From a virus (lineage: Duplodnaviria > Caudoviricetes): a stretch of DNA of 64,000 bases. The notes under the pieces were generated by a model. The model had not been told where the DNA came from. It did no database searches and saw nothing but the letters and a program-made list of their open reading frames with translations. The stretch is taken from positions 96,001 through 160,000 of the IMG/VR virus record IMGVR_UViG_3300020463_000001; one strand, 5' to 3'. Shown here in pieces: positions 1 through 11,399 of this stretch (the first letter of the stretch is position 1; each line of letters starts with the position of its first letter). The position numbers and the translations under genes are program-made.

Positions 1-19
1 TTTATTCTTATCGACAAAC

Positions 20-1291
20 TTGTCTTCGCATGATTCTATAAAACCACATGAAACATTATATTATAGACCAGAATCAAATCATCCAATAAACGGAGGATCT
101 CATTTGGGTCATACTGTTCCTCATGTTATGGTCATGAGTAATAGCACCAGACTTATGGAAACAGAATACATAAAAGAAACTACTGCAGAAAATGTTGATC
201 AAGAATACAGATTCTTTCAAAGTGTTGTGGGAAGAGATGCGGCGTTTGGAAAACTTTTTGAGTTTGACCCAGTATATCACGATTTAGATCAAAACGCAAT
301 AGGAGATACTTTTAATTTTGTTTATGAGGTGGTCAGTGGCAGATTGCCTAATTGTTTGACTCTCAATAATTCTATCATTAGTGGAAATATAGGAGAAACA
401 GAACAGTTTCTGAAACAGTATTCATACGAATCGTGGATTAAAAATCAAAATCTAGAAATAGATACCAACTACGAAGATTTCAATCCAGAAGAGGTCAAGG
501 AAATAGAAGTTACAATTGTTGGTAGGGCCACAACGCGAGGAACTATAGATATTATAGATGACGTTGGATTTTCTATTGGAGATATTATAACACAAAGAGA
601 CAGTTCTGGCAACTTACAGGGTTCTGCTACAATAACTAGAATTCTATTTAATTACATCAGAGAGTTTTCTGTTCTTGGCGCAGACCCACAAGATCTCAAT
701 ATTATACGATATGAAATAGATAATATTGAAGGCTCATTCATCGCATCAGAGATAAATCAGATAATTGTGAACGATGAACTGAGAATTGTACTAGAAAGTA
801 TCCAAAGGGCAAATGGGTTGATGGTTCTGGAATCAGAATTATCTACTGCTAGTGGATTAATAAAACAAATTGACTTAATTTTCCCCATAAATAATAATTA
901 CACCTATGATAAAGATAGGTTCTTATTAAATACTGAAGGTATATCTGACAGAGAAGATCAATATGAATGGTTGACCTACATGAGAAGTCAAGGTCATTAT
1001 AGATTTGATGTAGATGCGAATATCGCTGCAATACAAGAATCCATAAATGAATTGACAAAGGATTACAGAGCAGGCAGAACCAATCTTACTCAGAAACAGT
1101 TTAATGAAGAAATAGAGTTTCTGGAGTTATCGAAAGGTAATCCTTTCGAAGAAGAAACTTACGAAAGATTAGAAAGAATAGAAGAATTTAAATTGGATTG
1201 TAAAGAAGAAGTGGACGAACAAACTTACTACGAAGACAATCCAGAAAGAGTTACGACAAGAGGATACCCAATATATGTCAGCTGTAACTAG
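20..1291 (+). CDS. Virion/baseplate-associated structural protein, probably 5'-truncated by the window edge
   Basis: Frame is open back to base 2. Contains an Ig-like VVSGRLPNCLTLNNSIISG motif and an FSIGDIITQ..GSATIT beta module; overlaps the PAAR gene. Confidence 0.55.
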   Translation: MSSHDSIKPHETLYYRPESNHPINGGSHLGHTVPHVMVMSNSTRLMETEYIKETTAENVDQEYRFFQSVVGRDAAFGKLFEFDPVYHDLDQNAIGDTFNFVYEVVSGRLPNCLTLNNSIISGNIGETEQFLKQYSYESWIKNQNLEIDTNYEDFNPEEVKEIEVTIVGRATTRGTIDIIDDVGFSIGDIITQRDSSGNLQGSATITRILFNYIREFSVLGADPQDLNIIRYEIDNIEGSFIASEINQIIVNDELRIVLESIQRANGLMVLESELSTASGLIKQIDLIFPINNNYTYDKDRFLLNTEGISDREDQYEWLTYMRSQGHYRFDVDANIAAIQESINELTKDYRAGRTNLTQKQFNEEIEFLELSKGNPFEEETYERLERIEEFKLDCKEEVDEQTYYEDNPERVTTRGYPIYVSCN

Positions 1292-1562
1292 ATTAGGAGA
1301 CTCTTGTACGGGTCATGGTTGTTATGCGCCTAGAGCTTGCATCAAGGGTAGTAGTAACGTCTTTGTGAATGGAAAGGCGGCACATCGAAAAGGAGATGCT
1401 TGGAATCTACATCCTTGCGGAAACTCTAAACATGGGGGAGTTACTTCTGTGGGATCTTCTAGTGTTTATGTAAATGGAAAACCTCTTGCGAGAAAGGGAG
1501 ATCCAATATCTTGTGGATCTGCTATCTTGCAGGGAAGTGACAATGTTAGTGCTGGTGGGTAA
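1275..1562 (+). CDS. gp5.4: PAAR-repeat baseplate spike tip protein (T4 gp5.4-like)
   Basis: 95 aa; three PAAR-type repeats (TRLGD, AAHRKGD, PLARKGD), GSSNVFVNG motifs, His/Cys metal ligands. Confidence 0.95.
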   Translation: MSAVTRLGDSCTGHGCYAPRACIKGSSNVFVNGKAAHRKGDAWNLHPCGNSKHGGVTSVGSSSVYVNGKPLARKGDPISCGSAILQGSDNVSAGG

Positions 1563-1573
1563 GGAGATAAACT

Positions 1574-4393
1574 TTGGCATTTAATACACCAAGACCATTA
1601 AAGGCTATATTCCAGAGTGATGGAGAAGTTATCCTTGGAGAATTCAACGAGGATGATGTTCTTGAAGTCGCGAGTGGCGGAACTGGTACTAGTACACTAG
1701 ATCAATTTAGAACTAATATCAGCGCAATTAAATACGAAGATTTCGCAACCTTCGCAGACTTCCCTGCGATCCCAGAAAGTGGTAGACTCGCAAAAGATTT
1801 ATCTACCGGATCTCTATACTATTCTCATAATGATACTTGGATAGAAGTCGGCAGCGCACAAATAGTTTCTGGTACAGACGTTGCGGGAGTTGCAATAAAC
1901 GATGTCGAAGTAGAGAAACTAGTATTCGATGGCAATTTAATATTTGATTATGATTCAGTAACTAAAGTAGGAACTCTTTCTGTTAGTGCATCTCTAACAG
2001 CAACTGAACTGACTATAGGTCTTCCTACAGACGGAACTTACGATGATGGTGCGATAGGGATATCTGATACTGCGAAGACTGCAGATGTCATCGATGATCT
2101 CAACGAAGCACTAGATAATATCAGAAATAATACATTTGTCAAAAGTGTTTTATTTTCCGGTTCTCCCCTTACTGGAGGAGAAGGAATGAATGTTACTCTT
2201 AGCATAACTTCCGATGGAAATCCAAATCGTTATGACATAGATTGGGGAGATGGTTCTCAAACTAATGGATCCTCCAGTTCTACACCAAGTCACATTTATA
2301 CTTCAAATGTTAACAGTCCATATACTATTACTGTCCGGGCATTCCACAATCAGGCCACAGGAACTGGAAGCGAAGCATTTCACACAAGAGAAGATTATAT
2401 TATCGTATTTACTGCTAACCCTGCTGTTGCCTTTAGATTATACAGAAATTCTTCTGGAGGAACACCGTTAACAGGTAATGATTTGTATGTTGTAGAGGGT
2501 GGTTCTTTATATCTAGAAAATATTACAACAAACACTCTTATGGCAGATGTGACTTACGACATGGACTGGGGAGATGGTTCCACTAACGATACAATCGCAA
2601 ATGACTCTGCTGCTGGTGGAGTGAGCGGAGACAGACTACAACATACATGGGCGGATGGAACAGATAGTGGGACAGGAAGAGATACTATGAGACTCACACT
2701 AGATTCTCACACTACTGCAGACCCGAATGCAGTTCCAACAAATAGTACGTTAAGCCTAAAGGTTTACGATGACAGTATTGCCGCGCCCGATGGTTTGAGT
2801 ACTAAATCAATTTCTTTCACAGAGGATGTGGGTTCTTCGCCAAGACTTGCACATGGGTTTACAGATAACACCGGAGTCACAACTCAATCTGCGGGAAATG
2901 AAGTCAATAGAATTACATCAACTTCTGGGACTACTGAATCTAGTGAGATAACTTCATTTGCACATAACGCAGACTCCGGTGCGTTGAGTGCTATAGTAAA
3001 TGAAACTTCAGACGGTTCGGTTACTTTAACTACCGGAAGTAATGCAGGAACACACGGAAGTTTAGTTCTCACACAGGAAAGTGACTATAATCTTTTGAGC
3101 GCGCAAGGAACTCCCACTAGTTTTAATTCTAGTATATATCGCCCAGATTTATATAAAGGATTTAAGGCGAGGGTATCAAAAGACTCCAACACAATTCCGA
3201 ATGGTGTTAACAGTTTTCAGTTATCTCACACAGAAACCGGAGACACCAACAAAGTAGAATTTATCAAAGATGATTTGACATCTACTCCAACAGTTACAAA
3301 TGGTACTATAACAGAAAAGACCGGAACTTACAAGTATATTAGTGGTATTCCTTACTACGATACTGGATCGTCTTTAACATGGAGCGGAATACAAATAACG
3401 AACTTTATTGGCCAAACATATAGAGTAACTAATAGTGTGATAGAAGTTTCTTCGAGCACAAACTTAGAAGGGACAAGTGGAAGTTCTATTGCAAGTGAAA
3501 ATTATTCTTATTCTGAAGTTGACAATCCATTAGATTCTTTCTTGACTGGAGGAATACCAAATGCAAATACAGCAAAAGATACTCAGTATACCATAAAAGA
3601 TCTGACTGTCAATATCACACCGTCAAGTGTTCGGTCTGTAGAAAAAATAAAAGTTAGAGGTCTGAATGTCAACGGCTCTGGCAGTTATGAAACTAATGAT
3701 ATGATTTTACAGGTTCACACCGCAAATCAAACAGGAATCAACGAATTATCCATACCCGTAAGTTCATCTCTTGGAGATGGTTTCAATGACAACGGAGTGA
3801 GGATATTCGATTTTGCTTCAGAGACTACGGATAATCCTTCCATAAGTAACTCCACAAATTACTATACAAATAGTCTTTATGCAGAGTCATCAGATCCCGG
3901 CGTAGTAGGAACACAAGAAGCAACAATAAGATTGGGAAGATTGTCTCATAGTGTCGCAGATTATACTTCTGGATATCTTCCGGTTGGGCCAGATAGAAGT
4001 GGTGACACAGGAATTCAGTATTTTACTTTTGCGTTCAGAAGAACAGTGACTGCGAACTTCAATATCAATATATCCTCTGGGGGTATCAGTGGTATTTGGA
4101 TTGCATCGCCTGGCACTACAATAGATAACTCCAGTACAATCAATGGATGGTTGGATTGTTCGGTTCAGTATGCTGGTGCTGGTGTGCCTGGCGAGGATAC
4201 TGCTGCTGGAGGAAACGGAAGCAATGGTTGTGCGTCTACAGGTTCGGACAAAATACAATCAAACACCACACTAAGCGGTTTTTACAGAATGACATTGGGA
4301 ACAGAGAACTTGACAAACGCGACTGGAAATGTTGCATTGGTTAGAATTGCATTGAACTCTGGACAGTCAGTCAATTCTATTAGTATCACATAG
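1574..4393 (+). CDS. Large virion structural protein with PKD-like domains
   Basis: TTG start after AAGGAG; two Y-D-x-D-WGDG PKD signatures; S/T/G-rich beta composition; lies in the structural cluster. Confidence 0.7.
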   Translation: MAFNTPRPLKAIFQSDGEVILGEFNEDDVLEVASGGTGTSTLDQFRTNISAIKYEDFATFADFPAIPESGRLAKDLSTGSLYYSHNDTWIEVGSAQIVSGTDVAGVAINDVEVEKLVFDGNLIFDYDSVTKVGTLSVSASLTATELTIGLPTDGTYDDGAIGISDTAKTADVIDDLNEALDNIRNNTFVKSVLFSGSPLTGGEGMNVTLSITSDGNPNRYDIDWGDGSQTNGSSSSTPSHIYTSNVNSPYTITVRAFHNQATGTGSEAFHTREDYIIVFTANPAVAFRLYRNSSGGTPLTGNDLYVVEGGSLYLENITTNTLMADVTYDMDWGDGSTNDTIANDSAAGGVSGDRLQHTWADGTDSGTGRDTMRLTLDSHTTADPNAVPTNSTLSLKVYDDSIAAPDGLSTKSISFTEDVGSSPRLAHGFTDNTGVTTQSAGNEVNRITSTSGTTESSEITSFAHNADSGALSAIVNETSDGSVTLTTGSNAGTHGSLVLTQESDYNLLSAQGTPTSFNSSIYRPDLYKGFKARVSKDSNTIPNGVNSFQLSHTETGDTNKVEFIKDDLTSTPTVTNGTITEKTGTYKYISGIPYYDTGSSLTWSGIQITNFIGQTYRVTNSVIEVSSSTNLEGTSGSSIASENYSYSEVDNPLDSFLTGGIPNANTAKDTQYTIKDLTVNITPSSVRSVEKIKVRGLNVNGSGSYETNDMILQVHTANQTGINELSIPVSSSLGDGFNDNGVRIFDFASETTDNPSISNSTNYYTNSLYAESSDPGVVGTQEATIRLGRLSHSVADYTSGYLPVGPDRSGDTGIQYFTFAFRRTVTANFNINISSGGISGIWIASPGTTIDNSSTINGWLDCSVQYAGAGVPGEDTAAGGNGSNGCASTGSDKIQSNTTLSGFYRMTLGTENLTNATGNVALVRIALNSGQSVNSISIT

Positions 4394-4401
4394 AGGCAAT
4401 A

Positions 4402-5313
4402 ATGGCAATCTCCGACGATCAAAAAATTGACTATCTGTGGAAGAAGCTTGGTTATGGTGCTTCAAAGACAGATATCAATTCAATCAAAGGTGCGACAAAC
4501 GAGAGCATTCCTAGTCCTTTATTGATAAGAGGGGATAAATTGTGGTCAGATTCCGCACAGATTCCTTCTGTAATGCCTACATCATCTAATACCTATGTTG
4601 GTGTCTATTTGGATTCTCAGTCCAGTACAGTGGAATGTACGAAGGATTTGACCGCTTCTGCGAATAGGACATGGATTACAGGACTGACAGATTGGATACC
4701 GCCTGAGTTCGGATCCACATATCAGGTCAAAGTATACATCGAATCTTCTGGAATGTCAACCCCCCAATCTACAGGAGATCAAATATTTGCGGCTGGATCC
4801 GGAAATAATGACGAATGGTTTTTTGACTATCAAAGTGGTATTCTTCATTTTATTGGAACAAATCTTCCGAGCGGAATTAATGGAAATGTAGTTTATATAT
4901 CTGGTGCGAGATATGTCGGAGACTTTGGAGTTGGCGGCGGATCGATTGGAGCAAACATACAGTCTCTCGTAAATAATATACAGAATGTTCAGAACGCACT
5001 AAATAACTTCGAATATTCCGGACACACCCAGTCAGAAATAGATACTCTGGTTGCCGGCGGAGAACCTATAGGTATTGTATATGACGATACGACTGGTAAG
5101 TTTATTCCATCGACTATATCAGCATCAGGAGGAGGCGGAGGGAGTAGTAGTGTTCCATTCTTGCCTCTTTTACTAAATAACGGAACAGAAGAACAAGTTC
5201 CTCTATTGACCACATTCGATGGCCAAGAGTTGATCAGTGGTTTGTTGAGGTTTACATTAACAGACGGGAACAGAGACGATATTGATTTGTTAATATCCGG
5301 ATCCACTCCGTAA
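4402..5313 (+). CDS. Putative virion structural protein
   Basis: 303 aa, GAGG RBS, co-oriented in the structural operon; beta-rich N-terminal part, coiled segment, Gly/Ser linker. Confidence 0.6.
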   Translation: MAISDDQKIDYLWKKLGYGASKTDINSIKGATNESIPSPLLIRGDKLWSDSAQIPSVMPTSSNTYVGVYLDSQSSTVECTKDLTASANRTWITGLTDWIPPEFGSTYQVKVYIESSGMSTPQSTGDQIFAAGSGNNDEWFFDYQSGILHFIGTNLPSGINGNVVYISGARYVGDFGVGGGSIGANIQSLVNNIQNVQNALNNFEYSGHTQSEIDTLVAGGEPIGIVYDDTTGKFIPSTISASGGGGGSSSVPFLPLLLNNGTEEQVPLLTTFDGQELISGLLRFTLTDGNRDDIDLLISGSTP

Positions 5314-5329
5314 TAGAATGAAAAATAAT

Positions 5330-5337
5330 TATAAATA
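5330..5337 (+). promoter_or_regulatory. T4-type late promoter
   Basis: TATAAATA in the intergenic gap 52 bp before the 1998-aa ORF; variant ACTAAATA at 5351-5358. Confidence 0.85.
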
Positions 5338-5389
5338 CTAAGACAATCACACTAAATATAGTATTAATTTAAGCGCAAAGGAGCTCCAT

Positions 5390-8300
5390 ATGGGCGTCAA
5401 TCTTGAACGAAATAATGTCATACATCTTGACGGATATCATTGGGATAAAGAAAAAGATGACGATAAACCACTTCTTAGTCAGCTAACAGACGATCTATTG
5501 GCCAACGGATTTACAGACGTTGGGCCAGAAGTAATTAAACTCACAATCTCTGACAGCGAGTTGACTTCGTTTATCGATAAATTTATCGTATACCACTATG
5601 ATTCTGATCCCTCTACGGTTGGAGGTGGAGCGTTTGGTAATGCATTTGAAGACTCCAAAAAAATACCAAACTATACTGTGCCTGCAGTTAACGAACATGA
5701 TCATAATAAATTTGTTTACGACTTACCTTTAGGAAATGGAGAAGATCCAACAGGCCAAAGATTCAAATACATTCACCAAGCATATGCCGATGCAGAACGA
5801 TGGAATAAAAGGTGGTCAGAGTTCCCTACATTAGAACAAATTTCGGGATCAACATCCGCTGCATCTTACCTTGGCCCAAACTCCGAATTGTTTGCGTATT
5901 TAAATCCACACCCATCGAATATGATGACTAATGAAACTAGTCAAACCCTACCTTCTGGTGTTATAAATCATCAGAGTCGAGTTAAGAAAATTATTTTTAA
6001 TATCGGTGCAGATAAGTACGAGAGAGTATTTAATCAACTGGATACTGTTGGTGAAGAGGGTTCCGGTGTCTTCTTGGGATCAAATCGAGGACAAGAAGCA
6101 ATTAGTATTTCTAGTCAAACTGGATCTCTTACTGGAGATAATGACTCTAGTGGAAGTATAGATGATAATTTTCCTCTCGCAAAAGAAATATATCCCGCTG
6201 CAGCAAGATTTACTGAAGTTGCTCAATTTAGAGTTGGACAGAGAGTTGTTGGTGAACAATCAGGAGCAATCGGTGTTGTAACAGAATTTATAGATGCAAA
6301 TGGAGATCCCTGTGTAGTGGGTAAAAACATATTTGAAAAGAATATGATGTATGACCCAGAGTTACTTGCAAATGTCAGAGGCCAAACTGCAACACATATT
6401 TCTGATGGAACTAAAAGCGTTCTAGAGTTTTCTACAGATTTTTCTATCGCAGATTTTGATGAAACTGTAGATCAAGTTTATACAGTAACTACAACCGATT
6501 CTTCTGATGTCGTAACAAAATTAACCTCGACAGGTCTTACGCCAAATTATTCTACAAATGGAACTGGAATTACATTTTTAGATTTTGGTGGACAACCAGT
6601 ATCAGTAGGAAATGAGTTGACTGTAACTGTCTCTTATGGCCCGAAAATGTTAAAAAGCAGACTCCCAAGTGCTGGGATGGTTTATGGTGGAAACTATGTT
6701 CCAGAATACGACTTGCCCGATGACGAAGATTCTACTCGCGGAAAAATAATCACAAGAGTTAATGTTGAAAAGAAACCATATGGAAATCTACAAAGAAAAA
6801 CTGTCTTTATAGACGAATGGGTAGAACAGACAGAGGGAAGACAACTTGTAGTAGAAGCATTGTCTAAAGATTTCTTCCCCGGCGAAAAAATCTTTTCAGA
6901 AAACCCTTTTGGAGATGACGACAATTCTACTGCAGAACTGACTGGATGGTCAGAACCAATAGATGTGACTGTAAACTATGAGAACAAATCGGTGTCAAAT
7001 ACCTTTACTATGGCTGGCACTTTTAATGCTCAAGATCATGATATAAGTATAGTAGTTAGACCTTATAGATTGGTTGGTTCCGGAACATCATCTAAAAGAG
7101 AAGCTTCGGCCGCGGATCAATTTATTCTTGAAGGAGCAACTTTGACTTCTAATAGTGGCCAAAGACTAAAAAATGGAGGGTTTTCTGCGACTCAAATTCA
7201 GTATCCTTCGGGGAGTTATGATTATTGGACTCAATCTGGACCTGGCCAGGCAAATGCAACTGAAAGTGGGCCCAGCCAACAGTCGTCATTGCGTAATGCT
7301 CAGATTATAGTAACTGTATCGGCCAAAGAACCAGATTATACTACTCTTTCTAGAATTCCTCCACAATCTACCGGATTTTCTAATTCCGGTGTTCAAACTC
7401 TTGGAGAAAAGGGAGATAAGACAGGAGATTTTGGAGCTCTTACTTTTTCAAAGTTAAGTAGATTTAGTGCTCAAACCGAATTAACAAATGTCGCCGATAA
7501 AAACACTAATGATATAGTACACAGTTCAAGTATTGGTGCCGGTTCAGCAGAGTCTTTATCCTTTAGAATAGAATTTGAAAGAGAGAAAAGTCTTCTTAAC
7601 AAAATAGAACCTGTAACTGATCAGTTTGATATCAATAATCAAGTGGTTGTGAATCTTGTAAATGATTCTTTGGGAACTTCTCATCAAGTCGGAGATAGTT
7701 TTACTGTTAGTTCTTGGGACAATGATGATGTAAGAAACGCTGCAACTACTCAATATTTTCCGGCATTAGTTGTCGGATGGATCAAATCAAAATCCTCCGG
7801 CATGCCTGCCGGTAAGCAACGGGTAACTTTTGACGAACAAAACGAGTATGATGGTAGAGGTGCATCTCCTACAGAAAGAATGAGTTACGTAACTCTTGAT
7901 ATGGTACAACCCGAAGAGTCTAATGAATTTATTGTAAATTCTGGAGAAGGTAAGACATTTCTAAAGAAAGATCCGCAAGGTGGGGTAATTTCTGGAACTG
8001 GGTATTCTACTGGATATGTAGGAATCGGAACAGTTGCTAAACTTGTTTACGAAAATGAATATAACAAAGTTAAGAGATGTTTGATCAATTCTGCAAGAGG
8101 TGTTAAGTTTTCTCCGGAAGATGTTACTACTGGTCTGTCTACTTCCACCGAAGCAAGTTTAGTTCAGTATAAAGAAGAAGAACTAGTTCAAGGAAATAAA
8201 CATCATTTCTGGATTGCGTTAGATAAATCAGAAACATTCTTTACTTCAGATCAAATAGAACCAAAGACTCTTCTGGGATCTATGACTTTATCTATGAAAA

Positions 8301-11300
8301 CAGAAGATAATAGTTCCCCATCGGCACTGGCGGTAACAGGTATGCAGTTAGGAGATGTTTATACTTTTACTCTACAAAGGATTAAAGGAAGATATACTGG
8401 AGCTTCTAGTGATGTATTATTTGGCGATCCAGTAACTGTTCAGATTACTGTAGAGTCTACTTCTATTTCTGACTTTGCATTAGAATTAGCGAACGAGTTG
8501 AATGATAATTTACCAGAATATAGTTTTGAGATAGATTCGGAGAATACATCTAATATATTGTTTAGATCTAATAAAGTAGGATTTGATTTATCTATTGGTT
8601 ACAATTCTTCAAACTATTCAGAAAGTTTAGAACCAGTTAGAATAGAATCTGATAGAGCCAACTTTGGAATGAGTCCAGTCGATACGAGTGTTAGAAGCGC
8701 TTCTTCTACTCCAATTGGTATAACTGCAATCAACGGTTCTTTCGGTGTTGCTGTAAAGGATAGTTCCGATGCAAATGGTAATTATTATTTGGGAGGATAT
8801 CATCATAAGATTGATTTCGCTCTTCCAAACGAAGCCTACTATGGAGATAAATTTGAGTTTGTATTAAGTGGTTTGATAACTCAGAGTTCTATTTCGGAAA
8901 TCTACACTACTCCTTCAACTTTTGATTTAACTTTGGAGTATACTGCGGATAGAAGATTTAACAGTTCCGCATCGTTAGGTGCTGCCATTAAGAATTCAGT
9001 TATAACTAATTCTTATATATCTAAGTTTATGAAAGTAAGTCTAGAATCAAACCTAATTAAGTTTGAATATACACCAGACTCATGGGCGTATCTAGACAAG
9101 ACATCTATACATAACCAAACTGGTGCATATGGATTAATGAATGAAAATTCTTCTAAATACACATCAGTTTATGCTACAGGATCATCTGATTCAGATCCAT
9201 TTGGTTCTGTAATTACTGCAGCGACAGGATTAGCAGACGATTCATTCTTAGTTATTATGAATGAAATGACATCAAATGGATATACAGATATTCCTACTAC
9301 TGTATCTTTATATGATATGGAAGTATGGGACGGAACACAATACACAAACAATACAATGTATGTAGACGATCTACCATCAGAAGCAGTGTTTACTGGTCAA
9401 CTTACAGTTACACCAATGACTCAGTATGAGTTCACTGACGATGATACTGGAGGTTTGGGGCCTCTACAAACAATTGGTTTTGTAAGATCTCAATTACCTT
9501 CTTCTCTGGTAAGACAAAAAGTTAAAATTAAGTTTCCATTTGCCAGAGATTTTGGAACATTTGCGGATCCAATAACTCACTTATCAGATGCTGTCGGGGC
9601 AAGTTATAATAATTCATCCACATCTACTGCAGATGCTACGTCTCATCCGACAACTTTGGGAGGGAATACTAAGTATTTTACTTCTTACAAACAACACGTT
9701 ATTGGTGCAGCAGGGCCTAAGTTTGTCTCTGAAGCTGGGACTACATATTCTTCAACCGGATTTATATCTCAGGGAGATAGAAAGGGCCCAGAAACCTCAT
9801 TTGACCCAGATCTGAGAGGGTATCATCCAGAAGTTTCTGTGTCCGATAACTACGCACACTATTCTTCTTTCCCATACCATGAGTGTGGTTTAGAATTAGA
9901 AAGTTTTGAGTTTATCGCAGATCACTCAATCGGGCCGATTGTTCTTGAAACAAATGACCAATCAAACTTAGGTGGTGTTGGCGGAGATCAACCTTGGAGA
10001 ATTCGTTTCGAAGTCAGTAGAGGTTATGAAGTAACAGATGCGTCTCCATTTATTGCAACTCAAAACTATCAAGGTGTTGGGGGAAATAAAGGAAATACTG
10101 AGTTTGAATATCTGAAAGTACACGTTGCGACAGAATATCAAATTAAAGGTGATGGAACTGTAACTTCTATACAAAGTGCAGATGGACTTGAAAAAGGAGA
10201 ATTTAGAGAGCCAGGATTCCTTGGTGGTGTTAGACCTCAATACTCAGGATATGTTCGAGCAAGAACTCACTTAATATCGCCAGAAGTTACTGATTATTTG
10301 GAAGTTCAATCACTTCAAGCAATAAGAACTAGTGGTCTGAATCCTTCTGCCGGTATTGTTGGATTTAAGGATTATAATAAAGTAGTTTCTGGCACAGAAG
10401 GCGAAAGAATTCTTGGGGGAGGAACTTCTGACGGAACAGAAACAACTAAAGCAGAATTTAGATATGAAGATAAATATCTGAGAGGATCAAGTACAGAATT
10501 AGTATTTGATACTCCATTCAATACTGGTACTCTGAGAATGCAGAAAGGATTCTTTAGAAGAACTGGTAAACAAGAAAGAAGTGTTGCATTATCATACCCA
10601 ATGAGTTATACATTAACTGTTGCGGATCACGGTGTTGTTTTCTATCTCAGAGATCAAGCCGCAAGCGCACAAGCAGACGATTATGCATGGTTTGTTATTC
10701 AGAGACACGTTGATTCTACAACTGGTGTTCCGGATTATGATTCATTATCACAACCAGTACACTGTGTATATCAAACGTCTGAACCGCCTTTGTTGTATTC
10801 CGATTTGACTCCATTCTTCTCTGTAGATGAATCCAGTGGAGAAACTACAGACAGAACAACTTCTGCCTTTGTAGAAGGACTAACAAATCAATTCGGATCT
10901 AGAATCTTTGACTTCAGAGTCGATGAATTTGTAGAACAGGAATTGAAGGCTTTTGATATTGAGAACCAAGGACGATTCAGAAGATTCGTAGTTCGCGAGA
11001 AAGACGTACTGAAACCTTGGGATAGACACGTTTTCGCCGGTATATCTGAGACGGACTCTCATGCGGTACTAAATATATTAGAACAACTTGCATTGAATGA
11101 AGACGGACAATTAGTAATCCAGTTCCCGAATAGATTGGGATCACAGAGATACTTCTTTACAGGAAAAGAATTGGATTTGATTGCGTTTTCTGATGGAGGT
11201 GCCGTAGGTCAGGATACTTTGATAACAAGTGATCGATTCAGTACTACTGGTACAACAGACAAGAGAAGACTGTATAAGGCACTTATGTCAACGAAACCTT

Positions 11301-11386
11301 TTGGTAATGGTATGAGAGTTTTGACAATGGTCGCTGGATATGGAATCACATCATCACAGGCGGATACGCGGCTCCTATCATCGTAA
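5390..11386 (+). CDS. Very large virion structural protein (1998 aa)
   Basis: AAGGAG RBS and late promoter; S/T/G-rich multidomain sequence; conserved-looking C-terminal domain (WFVIQRHVD...FVVREKDV...FPNRL...ELDLIAF...GMRVL). Confidence 0.7.
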   Translation: MGVNLERNNVIHLDGYHWDKEKDDDKPLLSQLTDDLLANGFTDVGPEVIKLTISDSELTSFIDKFIVYHYDSDPSTVGGGAFGNAFEDSKKIPNYTVPAVNEHDHNKFVYDLPLGNGEDPTGQRFKYIHQAYADAERWNKRWSEFPTLEQISGSTSAASYLGPNSELFAYLNPHPSNMMTNETSQTLPSGVINHQSRVKKIIFNIGADKYERVFNQLDTVGEEGSGVFLGSNRGQEAISISSQTGSLTGDNDSSGSIDDNFPLAKEIYPAAARFTEVAQFRVGQRVVGEQSGAIGVVTEFIDANGDPCVVGKNIFEKNMMYDPELLANVRGQTATHISDGTKSVLEFSTDFSIADFDETVDQVYTVTTTDSSDVVTKLTSTGLTPNYSTNGTGITFLDFGGQPVSVGNELTVTVSYGPKMLKSRLPSAGMVYGGNYVPEYDLPDDEDSTRGKIITRVNVEKKPYGNLQRKTVFIDEWVEQTEGRQLVVEALSKDFFPGEKIFSENPFGDDDNSTAELTGWSEPIDVTVNYENKSVSNTFTMAGTFNAQDHDISIVVRPYRLVGSGTSSKREASAADQFILEGATLTSNSGQRLKNGGFSATQIQYPSGSYDYWTQSGPGQANATESGPSQQSSLRNAQIIVTVSAKEPDYTTLSRIPPQSTGFSNSGVQTLGEKGDKTGDFGALTFSKLSRFSAQTELTNVADKNTNDIVHSSSIGAGSAESLSFRIEFEREKSLLNKIEPVTDQFDINNQVVVNLVNDSLGTSHQVGDSFTVSSWDNDDVRNAATTQYFPALVVGWIKSKSSGMPAGKQRVTFDEQNEYDGRGASPTERMSYVTLDMVQPEESNEFIVNSGEGKTFLKKDPQGGVISGTGYSTGYVGIGTVAKLVYENEYNKVKRCLINSARGVKFSPEDVTTGLSTSTEASLVQYKEEELVQGNKHHFWIALDKSETFFTSDQIEPKTLLGSMTLSMKTEDNSSPSALAVTGMQLGDVYTFTLQRIKGRYTGASSDVLFGDPVTVQITVESTSISDFALELANELNDNLPEYSFEIDSENTSNILFRSNKVGFDLSIGYNSSNYSESLEPVRIESDRANFGMSPVDTSVRSASSTPIGITAINGSFGVAVKDSSDANGNYYLGGYHHKIDFALPNEAYYGDKFEFVLSGLITQSSISEIYTTPSTFDLTLEYTADRRFNSSASLGAAIKNSVITNSYISKFMKVSLESNLIKFEYTPDSWAYLDKTSIHNQTGAYGLMNENSSKYTSVYATGSSDSDPFGSVITAATGLADDSFLVIMNEMTSNGYTDIPTTVSLYDMEVWDGTQYTNNTMYVDDLPSEAVFTGQLTVTPMTQYEFTDDDTGGLGPLQTIGFVRSQLPSSLVRQKVKIKFPFARDFGTFADPITHLSDAVGASYNNSSTSTADATSHPTTLGGNTKYFTSYKQHVIGAAGPKFVSEAGTTYSSTGFISQGDRKGPETSFDPDLRGYHPEVSVSDNYAHYSSFPYHECGLELESFEFIADHSIGPIVLETNDQSNLGGVGGDQPWRIRFEVSRGYEVTDASPFIATQNYQGVGGNKGNTEFEYLKVHVATEYQIKGDGTVTSIQSADGLEKGEFREPGFLGGVRPQYSGYVRARTHLISPEVTDYLEVQSLQAIRTSGLNPSAGIVGFKDYNKVVSGTEGERILGGGTSDGTETTKAEFRYEDKYLRGSSTELVFDTPFNTGTLRMQKGFFRRTGKQERSVALSYPMSYTLTVADHGVVFYLRDQAASAQADDYAWFVIQRHVDSTTGVPDYDSLSQPVHCVYQTSEPPLLYSDLTPFFSVDESSGETTDRTTSAFVEGLTNQFGSRIFDFRVDEFVEQELKAFDIENQGRFRRFVVREKDVLKPWDRHVFAGISETDSHAVLNILEQLALNEDGQLVIQFPNRLGSQRYFFTGKELDLIAFSDGGAVGQDTLITSDRFSTTGTTDKRRLYKALMSTKPFGNGMRVLTMVAGYGITSSQADTRLLSS

Positions 11387-11399
11387 GTAGGAGTAACAT

